DNA from: Pseudoruegeria sp.
GTDB taxonomy: Bacteria > Pseudomonadota > Alphaproteobacteria > Rhodobacterales > Rhodobacteraceae
Direction: 5' to 3'
Length of the DNA stretch: 64,000 nucleotides
Assembly (NCBI GenBank): GCA_039972875.1
Contig: JBDWMA010000032.1
Coordinates: forward strand, 54,727-118,726
Positions 18,459 to 29,095 of this stretch are shown piece after piece (within the stretch, counting starts at the first letter, position 1; the number at the start of each line of letters is the position of its first letter). The translations under genes and the position numbers were made by a program. The notes beneath the pieces are model-generated. The model saw only the letters and a program-made list of their open reading frames with translations. It was not told the origin of the DNA and did no database searches.

Positions 18459-19658
18459 ATGGATCGGCTCCACTGCGATGTATTGATTTCTGGTGGTGGG
18501 GTTGCAGGCCTGACGGCGGCGGCGGCCTTCGGCAGTGCTGGGTTTTCGGTCATATGTGTTGACCCTCAACCACCGGTCACAACAGCAGATGCACCGGGAA
18601 CGGATCTTCGGACCACCGCCTTTCTTCAACCCGCACGTGCACTTTTGGATCAGGCGGGACTATGGGATAGACTTGCGCCATTCGCAGCACCCCTTCAGGT
18701 CATGCGCATTGTAGACGCTGGAGGAGAAACCCCAGAGCCCCGCATCATTAAAGATTTCGACGCCGATGATATATCTGACGCGCCATTTGGATGGAACCTA
18801 CCCAACTGGTTGCTGCGGCGTGAGATGATGGACCGGTTAACCGAACTTGACTGCGTCACGTTTTTGCCCGGCGTTGCGACAATTTCGGTCTTAACGCGCA
18901 CCTCAGAAGCGTTGATTAGCCTTTCTAACGGCACCCGCGTGGCGGCACAGTTGTTGATTGCCGCAGACGGTCGGACTTCATTTGTGCGAGATGCCGTGGG
19001 ACTCGGTGTCAAAACCAAACGATACGGGCAAAAGGCACTGGCATTTTCCGTCACACACCCAATTCCTCATGGTAATGTATCCACGGAAATTCACCGATCT
19101 GGGGGGCCTTTTACATTGGTGCCTTTGCCTGATCGCGACGGAATGCCGTGTTCTTCAGTCGTCTGGATGGATACAGGCCCCAACGCTGTGCGGCTTAAAA
19201 ACCTGCCTGTTGACGCATTTGAAACAGAAATGAACGAACGCTCATGTGGGTTGTTTGGCCCGTTGAAGCTGGTCACAGATCGGTCAATTTGGCCAATGAT
19301 TAGCCAGATCGCAGATCGTTTTGAGAGTGAACGCACGGCCCTAATTGCCGAAGCCGCCCATGCGGTGCCCCCAATCGGGGCGCAAGGATTGAATATGAGC
19401 TTGGGGGATACTCAGGTTCTGTTGGATCTGGCGATGAATGCGCCGACAACGATTGGGAATGCAGCGATGTTGCACGCCTATCATCGCAAACGGCACCCAG
19501 AGGTTAAACTACGCGTAACAGGGATTGATGCGCTTAACCGGGCCTCAATGATGGGCTCTCAGCAGATGCGAGATTTGCGGGCCGGACTGTTAAATAGCCT
19601 ATATTCCGTGACGCCTGTGCGTAAAACGTTGATGAAAGCAGGTTTGGGGACACGCTAA
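18459..19658 (+). CDS. UbiH/UbiF/VisC/COQ6-family FAD-dependent hydroxylase
   Basis: Start at MDRLHCDVLISGGGVAGL (GxGxxG). Later motifs are ADGRTSFVR and GAQGLNMSLGD. Confidence 0.85.
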   Translation: MDRLHCDVLISGGGVAGLTAAAAFGSAGFSVICVDPQPPVTTADAPGTDLRTTAFLQPARALLDQAGLWDRLAPFAAPLQVMRIVDAGGETPEPRIIKDFDADDISDAPFGWNLPNWLLRREMMDRLTELDCVTFLPGVATISVLTRTSEALISLSNGTRVAAQLLIAADGRTSFVRDAVGLGVKTKRYGQKALAFSVTHPIPHGNVSTEIHRSGGPFTLVPLPDRDGMPCSSVVWMDTGPNAVRLKNLPVDAFETEMNERSCGLFGPLKLVTDRSIWPMISQIADRFESERTALIAEAAHAVPPIGAQGLNMSLGDTQVLLDLAMNAPTTIGNAAMLHAYHRKRHPEVKLRVTGIDALNRASMMGSQQMRDLRAGLLNSLYSVTPVRKTLMKAGLGTR

Positions 19659-19703
19659 CAACACAACGCCCCCTGACTATTTTCACCTCTCAGAAATTAG
19701 GGA

Positions 19704-20849
19704 TTACCCTTTTTCCCCAAAGACCGTTGAAAGCGCTTTTTCAAGCCTATCAACGCTGGCGTCTACGTCGTAAAGTTTATCTAACCCAAACAGTCCTAGG
19801 CGAAAGCTTTTGTAGTCAGGACCTTCATCGCATTGAAGCGGCACGCCCGCGGCGATTTGCATCCCCAAAGCGGCGAATGCTTTACCGGCCTGAACCTCTG
19901 GATTGTCGGTATAAGACACCACCACACCGGGGGCACCAAACCCTTCGGCGGCAACGGATTTAATCCCATATGATGCAAGTCGTGTGCGTACGCGGTCGCC
20001 TTGCTCCCATTGCGCATCCCGCAGCTTGGCAAACCCATAGTTCCGTGTTTCAAGCATCGTATCGCGGAACGCTTTGAGGGCGTCAGTTGGCATGGTGGCG
20101 TGATAGGCGTGCCCACCGCCTTCATAGGCCTCCATGATGGACAGCCATTTGCCTAGATCCACTGCAAAGGATGTCGATTGAGCGTCTTTGGCGCGGGCGG
20201 CAGCGGTTTCATTCATCATGACCAGACCGGCGGAGGGAGACGCTGACCACCCTTTTTGCGGCGCAGATATTAAGACGTCCACACCGGTTTTTTTCATGTC
20301 CACCCACGCACAGCCTGAGGCGATACAATCCAACACAAAAATCGCACCAACAGAATGGGCCGCAGAGGCAATTTCTGTAAGATAATCATCAGGAAGGATC
20401 ATCCCCGAAGCCGTTTCAACATGCGGGGCAAATACAACGTCGGGACGGTCATCCTTTATACGTTGAACAGCCTCTTCAATTGGGGCGGGGGCAAAAGGTG
20501 AATCGATCTCATTGCCAACCCGGCGGGCTTTGAGCACCGTCTCCTCTGACGGAATGGAACCGGCTTCAAATATTTGCGTCCAACGATACGAAAACCAGCC
20601 ATTGCGGATCACCATCACTTTTTTGCCTGTCGCAAATTGACGGGCAACGGCCTCCATCGCGTAAGTGCCACCACCGGGAATAAGAGCGACGTGTTCAGCG
20701 ACATAGACCTCTTTAAGCATGGATGAGATATCCCGCATAACCGATTGGAAAGACGCGGACATATGGTTCAAAGAGCGATCGGTAAAGACGACAGAAAATT
20801 CAAGAAGCCCATCTGGGTCAACTGTATCCAGCAAAGAGGTCAAGATCAT
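19704..20849 (-). CDS. Class V aminotransferase-fold PLP enzyme
   Basis: It has an SAPQKGW PLP-lysine region. The ORF-track N-terminus overlaps the upstream Lrp gene, so the start was moved to ATG 20849. ATG 20867 and 20876 are also possible. Confidence 0.75.
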   Translation of the reverse strand: MILTSLLDTVDPDGLLEFSVVFTDRSLNHMSASFQSVMRDISSMLKEVYVAEHVALIPGGGTYAMEAVARQFATGKKVMVIRNGWFSYRWTQIFEAGSIPSEETVLKARRVGNEIDSPFAPAPIEEAVQRIKDDRPDVVFAPHVETASGMILPDDYLTEIASAAHSVGAIFVLDCIASGCAWVDMKKTGVDVLISAPQKGWSASPSAGLVMMNETAAARAKDAQSTSFAVDLGKWLSIMEAYEGGGHAYHATMPTDALKAFRDTMLETRNYGFAKLRDAQWEQGDRVRTRLASYGIKSVAAEGFGAPGVVVSYTDNPEVQAGKAFAALGMQIAAGVPLQCDEGPDYKSFRLGLFGLDKLYDVDASVDRLEKALSTVFGEKG

Positions 20850-20985
20850 ATTCCTTCTATGAAACATCCTGTTCATCCGGTGAATGCACCCGGTCACAGG
20901 GATGAACTGAGTTAAATCCGCTGCCCCATCAGATTGCAACTGTTCAGATTGACACCAGTAAGGTCGATCTGAATTTCTGAAGAAA

Positions 20986-21444
20986 TCATCCAATAGGCCC
21001 GGGGCGCCTCTCTTCACTGAGCAAGACGTTAGCCTCAACATTGCCAACACCGGGCATTGTCATAATTCGACGGCGCAACACACGTTCAAAATCAGCCAAA
21101 TCCCGCGCTACCACGCGCAGGCGATAATCATACATCCCCAAGACATGCTCAACAGATTGGATCTCTGGGATGGCAGATATGGCGCGTTCAAAATCCTCTA
21201 GGCTGACACGTCCTTTCGTGGCCAATTTCACACCTAAAAAGACGGTTACACCGAACCCTAACGCCTCTCGGTCCAGCACCAAACGACGCCCTGCAATCAC
21301 CCTTGCATCCTGAAGGCGCCGTATACGTCGCCAAGTCGCCGGCTGAGACAGGCCAAATTTGCGTCCCAAAGCACCCGCGCTTTGGGTTGCATCCAGACTC
21401 AGCGCGCGCAAAATTTGGCGGTCTATGTCATCCAATTCGATCAT
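20986..21444 (-). CDS. Lrp/AsnC-family transcriptional regulator
   Basis: 152 aa with an HTH (LGRKFGLSQPATWRRIRRLQD) and an RAM-like C-terminal domain. Confidence 0.9.
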   Translation of the reverse strand: MIELDDIDRQILRALSLDATQSAGALGRKFGLSQPATWRRIRRLQDARVIAGRRLVLDREALGFGVTVFLGVKLATKGRVSLEDFERAISAIPEIQSVEHVLGMYDYRLRVVARDLADFERVLRRRIMTMPGVGNVEANVLLSEERRPGPIG

Positions 21445-21896
21445 AGTGGCAGCGCCTCGCTGGATTTAATTGTCGCGACTTGCATCAAGGCCTCAATATC
21501 GGCGATATGCGGCAGGGTCAGGATACGGGTCCGATACACCTCTTGATAATGTTTCATATCGCGTGCCAACACAGTTAACCGGACATCCACACGTCCCAAA
21601 AAAGTCTGGATCTCATAAACCTCAGGCACATCCCGCGCGGCCTCAATAAAATCATCAAAGGCCCGGGTCTGTGTTTTATCAAGCGTTACCCTCAACGACA
21701 CATCGACACCAAAGCCCAAAGCTTTCCAGTCTATGACAGCCTGCTGCGCTTTGATAATTCCGGCCTCGGTCATTTTTTCAACCCGCCGCCAGCAGGTTGC
21801 CGTCGTGATCCCTGCCCTGTCAGCCAATTCCGACATAGAAAGATCTGGTGCGGCCTGAAAGTGGCGTAGAATGCGTCTATCTGTATCGTCGAGCAT
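21441..21896 (-). CDS. Lrp/AsnC-family transcriptional regulator
   Basis: Start at MLDDTDRRILRHF. There is a 4-bp overlap with the downstream Lrp paralog. Confidence 0.9.
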   Translation of the reverse strand: MLDDTDRRILRHFQAAPDLSMSELADRAGITTATCWRRVEKMTEAGIIKAQQAVIDWKALGFGVDVSLRVTLDKTQTRAFDDFIEAARDVPEVYEIQTFLGRVDVRLTVLARDMKHYQEVYRTRILTLPHIADIEALMQVATIKSSEALPL

Positions 21897-21914
21897 GAAA
21901 AATTCACAAATATT

Positions 21915-21933
21915 ATTTCTGACGAATAGAAAT
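21915..21933. promoter_or_regulatory. AT-rich palindrome ATTTCT-N7-AGAAAT (candidate Lrp-type operator)
   Basis: Read directly, just upstream of the Lrp pair, in the divergent region shared with ilvC. Confidence 0.25.
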
Positions 21934-22018
21934 TTACACAATCTGCCAAAAACTTCAATCCATACCCGTGCACATACGGCATATCTGCGTATTGTAGCGT
22001 TCAGAATATCACCCGTAA

Positions 22019-23056
<1,038 letters not shown>

Positions 23057-23084
23057 ATCGTACGAGATTATATGTTCTGACAAA

Positions 23085-23110
23085 GGGGTGCCGATCTGGT
23101 GCCCCTTTTT
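23085..23110 (+). terminator. Rho-independent terminator after ilvC
   Basis: GGGGUGCC-GAUC-UGGUGCCCC followed by UUUUU. Confidence 0.65.
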
Positions 23111-23130
23111 GATTTAAGACAGGCGCACAG

Positions 23131-24033
23131 ATGACAACCCAACCCACACGAACAGACTGGTTCAACATCATTCTTTTAGGAGTGGTCTGGGGTGGTACCT
23201 TCATGGTGATGACCCTTGCGCTTGAAGGCTATGGCCCGCTGACGGTGGCATGTGCACGCACCACTCTGGGCGCGCTGAGTCTGTGGGTGATGATGTGGGT
23301 TGCCGGGGTGAGGGTTCCGCAGATCACCCGTGAACTTGCGGTGTCTGTGTTCTGGATCGGGATGCTTTCAACGGCCGTTCCGTTTTTACTGCTGAGCTGG
23401 GGCTTGACCCATGTGCCATCAGCCTTTGCCGGGATCTCCATGGCGGCAGTACCGCTGTTTGTCTTGCCTCTGGCACATTTTTTCTCTGATGAGCGGATGC
23501 AATTACGAAAATTTATTGGCGTGTGCCTTGGTTTCGTTGGCGCCCTTGTTTTGATTGGTCCCGGTTTGATGGAATTAGGCCAAAGTGCAATGCCACTGGC
23601 CCAACTTGCCTGCGTCGGAGCAGCACTTTGTTATGCAATCTCATCGGTTCAGACACGCACTTGCCCCCCTATTCACCCGATCGCATTGTCTGCCTTGGGT
23701 CTGACGGTTGGCGCGGCCTTCCTTATCCCGGTTATGCTTTTGGGAGAAGGCGTGCCCCACATCAGCGAGACACGTCCAAGCCTGGCTATCGTATTCCTAG
23801 GCTTTGTTCCGACTGCCGCGGCAATGTTTTTACGCACGAGTGTCATCCAAAGTGCGGGGGCTGTGTTTATGACTCTGGTGAATTATCAAGTGCCTGTCTG
23901 GTCGATGATCTTTGGTGCTTGGATCCTATCCGAAGCCCTGCCGCTCCGGTTTTTCACAGCTCTGGCCATGATCCTAACGGGGTTGATTATCAGTCAGTTC
24001 AACAGTTTGCGGAAATTGTTCTTACGCCCATAG
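23131..24033 (+). CDS. DMT-superfamily (EamA-type) transporter
   Basis: 300 aa with about 10 TM helices and a two-EamA-repeat architecture. Confidence 0.8.
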   Translation: MTTQPTRTDWFNIILLGVVWGGTFMVMTLALEGYGPLTVACARTTLGALSLWVMMWVAGVRVPQITRELAVSVFWIGMLSTAVPFLLLSWGLTHVPSAFAGISMAAVPLFVLPLAHFFSDERMQLRKFIGVCLGFVGALVLIGPGLMELGQSAMPLAQLACVGAALCYAISSVQTRTCPPIHPIALSALGLTVGAAFLIPVMLLGEGVPHISETRPSLAIVFLGFVPTAAAMFLRTSVIQSAGAVFMTLVNYQVPVWSMIFGAWILSEALPLRFFTALAMILTGLIISQFNSLRKLFLRP

Positions 24034-24109
24034 CAGTGCCGCAGATTTGCACAAAAACTGTGCGCACCGGCCCATTGTCACAAAACAACCCGCTTACCAT
24101 TTGGGTGAG

Positions 24110-24673
24110 ATGACACAGTCAATTCACACCAGACAGGGTTTGCCGGAAGAGATGCGAATCCTGCTTCGGGATTACCCGCGCGACAGCTGGCCGGGTCACC
24201 CGAATTTCGCCGCTTCCGTTCAAAATTGGATGGGGGCTCATGCTATGTTTCGCCAATTGGGAACCATCACCCGAAGTGACACAGAAGCGTTTTTGAACAA
24301 GAATACGGATCCAGATCGATATGCCTCTCGGCTTGGGCATTTCGGCACTCTTTTGGTGCGTAATTTGCATGGGCACCATACGTGGGAAGATCGATCGTTC
24401 TTTCCCGAACTACAGGCAGCAGATGATAGGTTTGAACAGGGGCTGGAAACCCTTGAAGCCGATCATAATGTTCTGGATGAAACGCTAGATCGCTTTACCC
24501 GCAGCGCAAATCGGTTCCTAAAGCTAAGTCATTTGAATCCGAAGCAAGCCCATGAAGAAGCGTCAGAGCTACGGGATCAAATCGAGGCCATTCAGGGGTT
24601 TCTAAACCGCCATTTAGCGGATGAAGAGGATTTGGTTGTACCAATCATCTTACATTATAAATTGCGTGGATAA
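24110..24673 (+). CDS. Hemerythrin-like (HHE cation-binding) domain protein
   Basis: Start at MTQSIHTRQG. His/Glu-rich helices include HHTWEDRSFFPEL and HLADEEDLV. Confidence 0.65.
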   Translation: MTQSIHTRQGLPEEMRILLRDYPRDSWPGHPNFAASVQNWMGAHAMFRQLGTITRSDTEAFLNKNTDPDRYASRLGHFGTLLVRNLHGHHTWEDRSFFPELQAADDRFEQGLETLEADHNVLDETLDRFTRSANRFLKLSHLNPKQAHEEASELRDQIEAIQGFLNRHLADEEDLVVPIILHYKLRG

Positions 24674-24732
24674 AGGGTTGGGGGCATTTGCCCCCGGCCT
24701 TAGACAACCCTGCCCGTCACCTAAACACGGCG

Positions 24733-26079
24733 CTAAGCTACAGCCTGCACTGCCCCAACGATATCATCGATGACTTGTGCGAGCAGACCGGGATCTTCGC
24801 TTTCCCCCATAACGCGGATTAACGGTTCAGTACCTGACTTGCGGATCAGCAATCGACCATTGCTTTGCAAACGTGCCTCTCCGTCGGCAATTGCCTCTTT
24901 GACGGTCGCCACATCAAGAGGGGTTTTATCCGCGGCATACCGCACGTTTTTCAAAAGCTGCGGAACAGTTTCAAAGCTCTTGGTAAGTTCGGATGCTTTT
25001 TTTCCAGTCGCGGCCATTTCGGCAAGGAATTGCAAGCCTGCGATCAAACCATCTCCGGTGGTGGCGTAATCGGTCATGACGATGTGGCCCGATTGTTCAC
25101 CCCCAAGATTGTATCCTCCGCCACGCATGGCCTCAACCACGTAACGGTCGCCGACAGAGGTTCGTTTTAATGCAATGTTTTGACTTGCCAGATAACGTTC
25201 CAAACCAAGGTTCGACATCACTGTGGATACAAGCGTCCGCCCGTTCAGACGACCTTCGTTGGCCCAACGTGTGGCCATTAGCGCCATGATTTGATCACCA
25301 TCAGCAACTTGCCCGGTTTCATCAATGATCATCACTCGATCTGCATCACCATCCAAACAAATCGCCATATCCGCACCGTGCTGAACGACCGTTTCAGCCG
25401 CCGTCTGAGTATACGTCGAACCACATTTGTCATTGATATTGAAACCGTTGGGCGCCACGCCCACGGGGATAACCTCTGCCCCCAATTCCCAGAGAACCTC
25501 TGGCGCGGCCTTGTAAGCGGCTCCATTGGCGCAATCTATAACGACCTTTAGTCCATTTAGGCGGGTCCGCGTTGGGAACGTTGTTTTCGCATATTCGACA
25601 TAGCGCCCCATGCCATCCTCAATCCGTTTGGCACGTCCAATATTTTCGGGTTTGGCAGGTCGAATATCACTCCCTAAAACGATGCTTTCGATTTCTGCTT
25701 CGGCCTCATCGGATAATTTAAAGCCGTGCGGACCAAAGAATTTAATGCCGTTGTCATGATGCGGATTATGACTGGCCGAAATCATGATACCAAGGTCGGC
25801 GCGCATAGAACGGGTTAAAAAACCGACAGCAGGTGTGGGCACTGGCCCCAACAATAAGACATTCATCCCGGTAGAGGTCAGCCCTGCCGTTAACGCATTT
25901 TCGATCATATAACCCGACAGGCGCGTGTCTTTTCCAATCACAACCCGATGGCGGTTCATCCCATCCTTACGGAAATACCGCCCCGCTGCCGCGCCGAGCT
26001 TCAATGCCATTTCTGCTGTCATGGGATAGGAATTCGCTTCGCCCCGAACGCCGTCGGTTCCAAATAACTTTCGGCTCAT
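24733..26079 (-). CDS. glmM: Phosphoglucosamine mutase
   Basis: Begins [13 protein letters not shown]. Phosphoserine loop is [15 protein letters not shown]. Confidence 0.95.
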   Translation of the reverse strand: MSRKLFGTDGVRGEANSYPMTAEMALKLGAAAGRYFRKDGMNRHRVVIGKDTRLSGYMIENALTAGLTSTGMNVLLLGPVPTPAVGFLTRSMRADLGIMISASHNPHHDNGIKFFGPHGFKLSDEAEAEIESIVLGSDIRPAKPENIGRAKRIEDGMGRYVEYAKTTFPTRTRLNGLKVVIDCANGAAYKAAPEVLWELGAEVIPVGVAPNGFNINDKCGSTYTQTAAETVVQHGADMAICLDGDADRVMIIDETGQVADGDQIMALMATRWANEGRLNGRTLVSTVMSNLGLERYLASQNIALKRTSVGDRYVVEAMRGGGYNLGGEQSGHIVMTDYATTGDGLIAGLQFLAEMAATGKKASELTKSFETVPQLLKNVRYAADKTPLDVATVKEAIADGEARLQSNGRLLIRKSGTEPLIRVMGESEDPGLLAQVIDDIVGAVQAVA

Positions 26080-26099
26080 GCTGCACACCTCTTTGTTCT

Positions 26100-27152
26100 T
26101 TATCGCGTTCCGGTTTGGACCGCCTGCATCAGGTCTAAGGCCTGTTTGGTCTCTTTCGTATCATGGACCCGCAGTATCTGAACACCCTGCACAACCGCTG
26201 TCAAAGCGACTGAAACAGACCCAAATGCGCGGTCTTCTGCCGAAACGGCACCGCTGATGTCACCAATGAAACGTTTACGTGATGCACCAAGCAACACCAC
26301 ACAGCCAAGGGCATGAAACAAGCTGATGCGTTGCAGTAGGGTTAGGTTGTGATCGATGGTTTTGCCAAAACCGATCCCGGGATCAACGATGATGCTATTG
26401 CGTGGTATACCTGCGGCTTCTGTTGCGCTGACCCGCTCTTCAAGAAAATCGTACACATCCAAAAGCACATTGTCATAGCAGGGGTTCGATTGCATGGTTT
26501 CCGGGTCACCCTGCGCATGCATTAAACATACCGGCGCTTGATGGGTCGACGTTACCTTCATCAAGGTGGGATCATAAGTAAAAGCATAAACATCATTTAC
26601 CAAGGCCGCCCCGGCCTTAAGGGCCGCCTCAGCTACCCCGGATTTGCGCGTATCAATGGAAATCGGGCCAATACCCTCATCTGATAGGGCTTGTATAACA
26701 GGCGCAGTCCGTCCAATTTCGACCTCAGCAGGTACAAACGCAGCACCGGGGCGCGTCGACTCCCCACCAATATCTAGAATATCGGCACCGGCTGCTTGCA
26801 TCTCTTTAGCGTGGGCAATTGCCGCGCCCGGCTCAAGGAACTTCCCTCCATCCGAAAAGCTGTCCGGCGTCACATTGAGAATGCCCATCAAATTTGGGCG
26901 CGAAAATCCCAGACCAGCGATTGGGGCACGTCCTTGCGTCAAGCGATCGCTAATAAGGCTGGGCAGTGCATCCGTTGGAATAATCTGCGGGGCGGCCAAA
27001 CGGGACAGCACCTCTACATGAGAAAACCAGCACCACCCCCCAGCAAGGGGTAAGGCCGTTGCTGGTCGAGCTGGATCGATTTGTGGGATGGGTCTGTAAT
27101 ACTGTGTCATACCGATTATGTTGATGGAAACAACGGGTTTGGCAAGGCTCAA
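26100..27152 (-). CDS. folP: Dihydropteroate synthase
   Basis: Pterin-binding motifs are [14 protein letters not shown] and [11 protein letters not shown]. The start is either TTG 27152 (TTGA overlap with the folB stop) or ATG 27110. Confidence 0.9.
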   Translation of the reverse strand: MSLAKPVVSINIIGMTQYYRPIPQIDPARPATALPLAGGWCWFSHVEVLSRLAAPQIIPTDALPSLISDRLTQGRAPIAGLGFSRPNLMGILNVTPDSFSDGGKFLEPGAAIAHAKEMQAAGADILDIGGESTRPGAAFVPAEVEIGRTAPVIQALSDEGIGPISIDTRKSGVAEAALKAGAALVNDVYAFTYDPTLMKVTSTHQAPVCLMHAQGDPETMQSNPCYDNVLLDVYDFLEERVSATEAAGIPRNSIIVDPGIGFGKTIDHNLTLLQRISLFHALGCVVLLGASRKRFIGDISGAVSAEDRAFGSVSVALTAVVQGVQILRVHDTKETKQALDLMQAVQTGTR

Positions 27153-28084
27153 ACCAAGGCAAAGCCGTCCAGTTTCATATACCGTTGAGGCGCATTTGTT
27201 AAAACGGTTTCCTCAACATCGATAAACATGACTTCTGCCGCGCCCATCTCATCACTCAGCCACGCCGTTAACGCAGCCGTTTCATGCGGAGGGGCATTGG
27301 GTCCATCAACCGCGTCCAGCACCATCTTTGACGGCGCCCATAGGCTCATTTGGCCATGTTTTAGTCCCCAGTCCAATTCTGTACGGCTATCGACAACAAC
27401 GCAGCGACCATCCAAACCCGCCAGCACCCAAGCATTCTGTTCAATCGCAAGTAAATCAATACGACGTTGAACAGCTGCAGGAACAGATTGAGGCGGCGTT
27501 GCTGTGCCCAGAGGAACGCATAGAATGACCGGCAAATCTGCAGCCTCTAGAGCATCTAACCAACTCGAAAGATGTGGGCTTTGTAATACGGTGTTGGACA
27601 TCAGAACAATCCGTGGGGCGACATGATCCTCTGGCGCGATATCATCAACGATCTGCACAGGAACCTGCGCACGGCTGCGCACAATCTCAACGCCAAGCGC
27701 GCCCGGACCCCGGTCAAGCTTTTCGATTCGCACAAACACCCGCAACGCTTGTGGCGCCAACAAAATGCGATCAGCCACCCGCTGCGCTAGCGTTTCTAAT
27801 AGGTTCAGGCGTTCGGCAGCCAATTCAAAGGCGATTGCCTCCGTCAGCGTATCATATGACAGAATCTTATCGACATCATCATCCACGGGTGCGTTTTGCG
27901 GTAAGACCTCAACCACGATGTTAAAACAGATCCGCTGTGTAGTGCCCCGTTCCGCCTGAAACGCACCGATTTCAACTTCAACTGTATGATCCCGCAAAGA
28001 GATACGATCCCTCGGATCAGCCCCAGCAGTTGCGGCGCTTCGTTCTGCAGGGTGGGCAAACGCAAGGTGAATATCTTTGGTCAT
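27149..28084 (-). CDS. folB: Dihydroneopterin aldolase domain fused to an unassigned approx. 170-aa C-terminal domain
   Basis: Residues about 25-140 (ISLRDHTVEVEIGAFQAERGTTQRICFNIVVEV...) look like FolB. The remainder is not recognised. Confidence 0.75.
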   Translation of the reverse strand: MTKDIHLAFAHPAERSAATAGADPRDRISLRDHTVEVEIGAFQAERGTTQRICFNIVVEVLPQNAPVDDDVDKILSYDTLTEAIAFELAAERLNLLETLAQRVADRILLAPQALRVFVRIEKLDRGPGALGVEIVRSRAQVPVQIVDDIAPEDHVAPRIVLMSNTVLQSPHLSSWLDALEAADLPVILCVPLGTATPPQSVPAAVQRRIDLLAIEQNAWVLAGLDGRCVVVDSRTELDWGLKHGQMSLWAPSKMVLDAVDGPNAPPHETAALTAWLSDEMGAAEVMFIDVEETVLTNAPQRYMKLDGFALV

Positions 28085-28181
28085 GTTCGATTAATCCGAT
28101 AAGGCATCAGGGCTGCGCCCTACATTTAGGCGCTTTTACCCTAACTTCCCAATCAGAAAAGCCCCAATCCGCGACCGTTTC

Positions 28182-28874
28182 TTATCGTTTTGAGACTCGG
28201 ATAGGCTGACGATAGAAATGATGCACACCGATTGTCGCCGTCCGGGGGAATTTACGGGCCCAAGATGGGTTCACTGATTTTGTATGATAATGAGTCGCCC
28301 CATCGGTCAAAGACAGTGTTTCCGCATCCATGACGGCCCGCGCAATTTTGCTCACATTCGCATAGGCTTTCTTTTCACGAATGACTTCGGCATGGCCATC
28401 ACATGTAAATGTAAACTGACACTGGTATTTCCGCCCTGTACCCTGATGGATAACACCACAGATAGAGTTCGGATAAGCCGACGATTTAACCCGGTTCAAG
28501 ATAACTTCGGCGACAGCAAACTGTCCCTTTATGCTTTCCCCACGCGCTTCAAAATAGAGCGCTTGAGAAAGACAAGACCATTGCTCCCCACCTGACGCGG
28601 CGGGTTGCTCATTCAGCCATTTTTTCGTGTAAGAAATACGAGTGCCAAGATTATCCGGACGCGGCAACGGTTTCAAAGAAGACGTCAGCTGATTCAAATA
28701 TCCCGACTCAAGTCCGGACAGCGCATCGCGCTCCCCCAACATCAATCGATCCATTTGGCTACCGACCAAGGCAGACGGATCGGTGCTAGAGCTAAATGTC
28801 TCGCTGGCTTGCAAAGACATCACGCTCATACTTACCAGCAACCCTGACACGGTCAGAGCCTTACGAAGCTGCAT
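28182..28874 (-). CDS. Cell-wall hydrolase, SleB-like
   Basis: It has a signal peptide and a C-terminal domain with LSQALYFEARGES...FAVAEVILNRV...ATHYHT. Confidence 0.8.
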   Translation of the reverse strand: MQLRKALTVSGLLVSMSVMSLQASETFSSSTDPSALVGSQMDRLMLGERDALSGLESGYLNQLTSSLKPLPRPDNLGTRISYTKKWLNEQPAASGGEQWSCLSQALYFEARGESIKGQFAVAEVILNRVKSSAYPNSICGVIHQGTGRKYQCQFTFTCDGHAEVIREKKAYANVSKIARAVMDAETLSLTDGATHYHTKSVNPSWARKFPRTATIGVHHFYRQPIRVSKR

Positions 28875-29095
28875 CCACATACGTCACCTAAATTAATAAA
28901 ACCCTAAAACAGGCAGGCAGCCCCCAGGCCACATTTAAGGACGCGTCTTAAAGCACTGATTTTGTTGAGTCTACGGTTCAGAGCTCTTTATCGAAAAATC
29001 GGCGCATTTTTGCACGACTCAATTTGATTACCCGCTTGACACGGTGAATTTTCCCAAAACACACCATACCCAAAGAGACCTTCAACACATTGTGA

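Noticed and set aside
23523-24113. 196-aa ORF overlapping the DMT transporter in another frame
   Set aside because: It is an out-of-frame overlap with a convincing 10-TM transporter, and its Arg/Cys/Pro-rich composition is typical of off-frame GC-rich translation.
24680-24695. GGGGGCATTTGCCCCC hairpin between the convergent hemerythrin-like gene and glmM, as a terminator
   Set aside because: It is plausible, but the stem is short and there is no U/A run on either side. The evidence is too weak to list as a feature.
28935-28951. CtrA-like TTAA...TTAA element (TTAAGGACGCGTCTTAA)
   Set aside because: The spacer is 9 nt rather than the 7 nt of the CtrA box. It is just a small imperfect palindrome.
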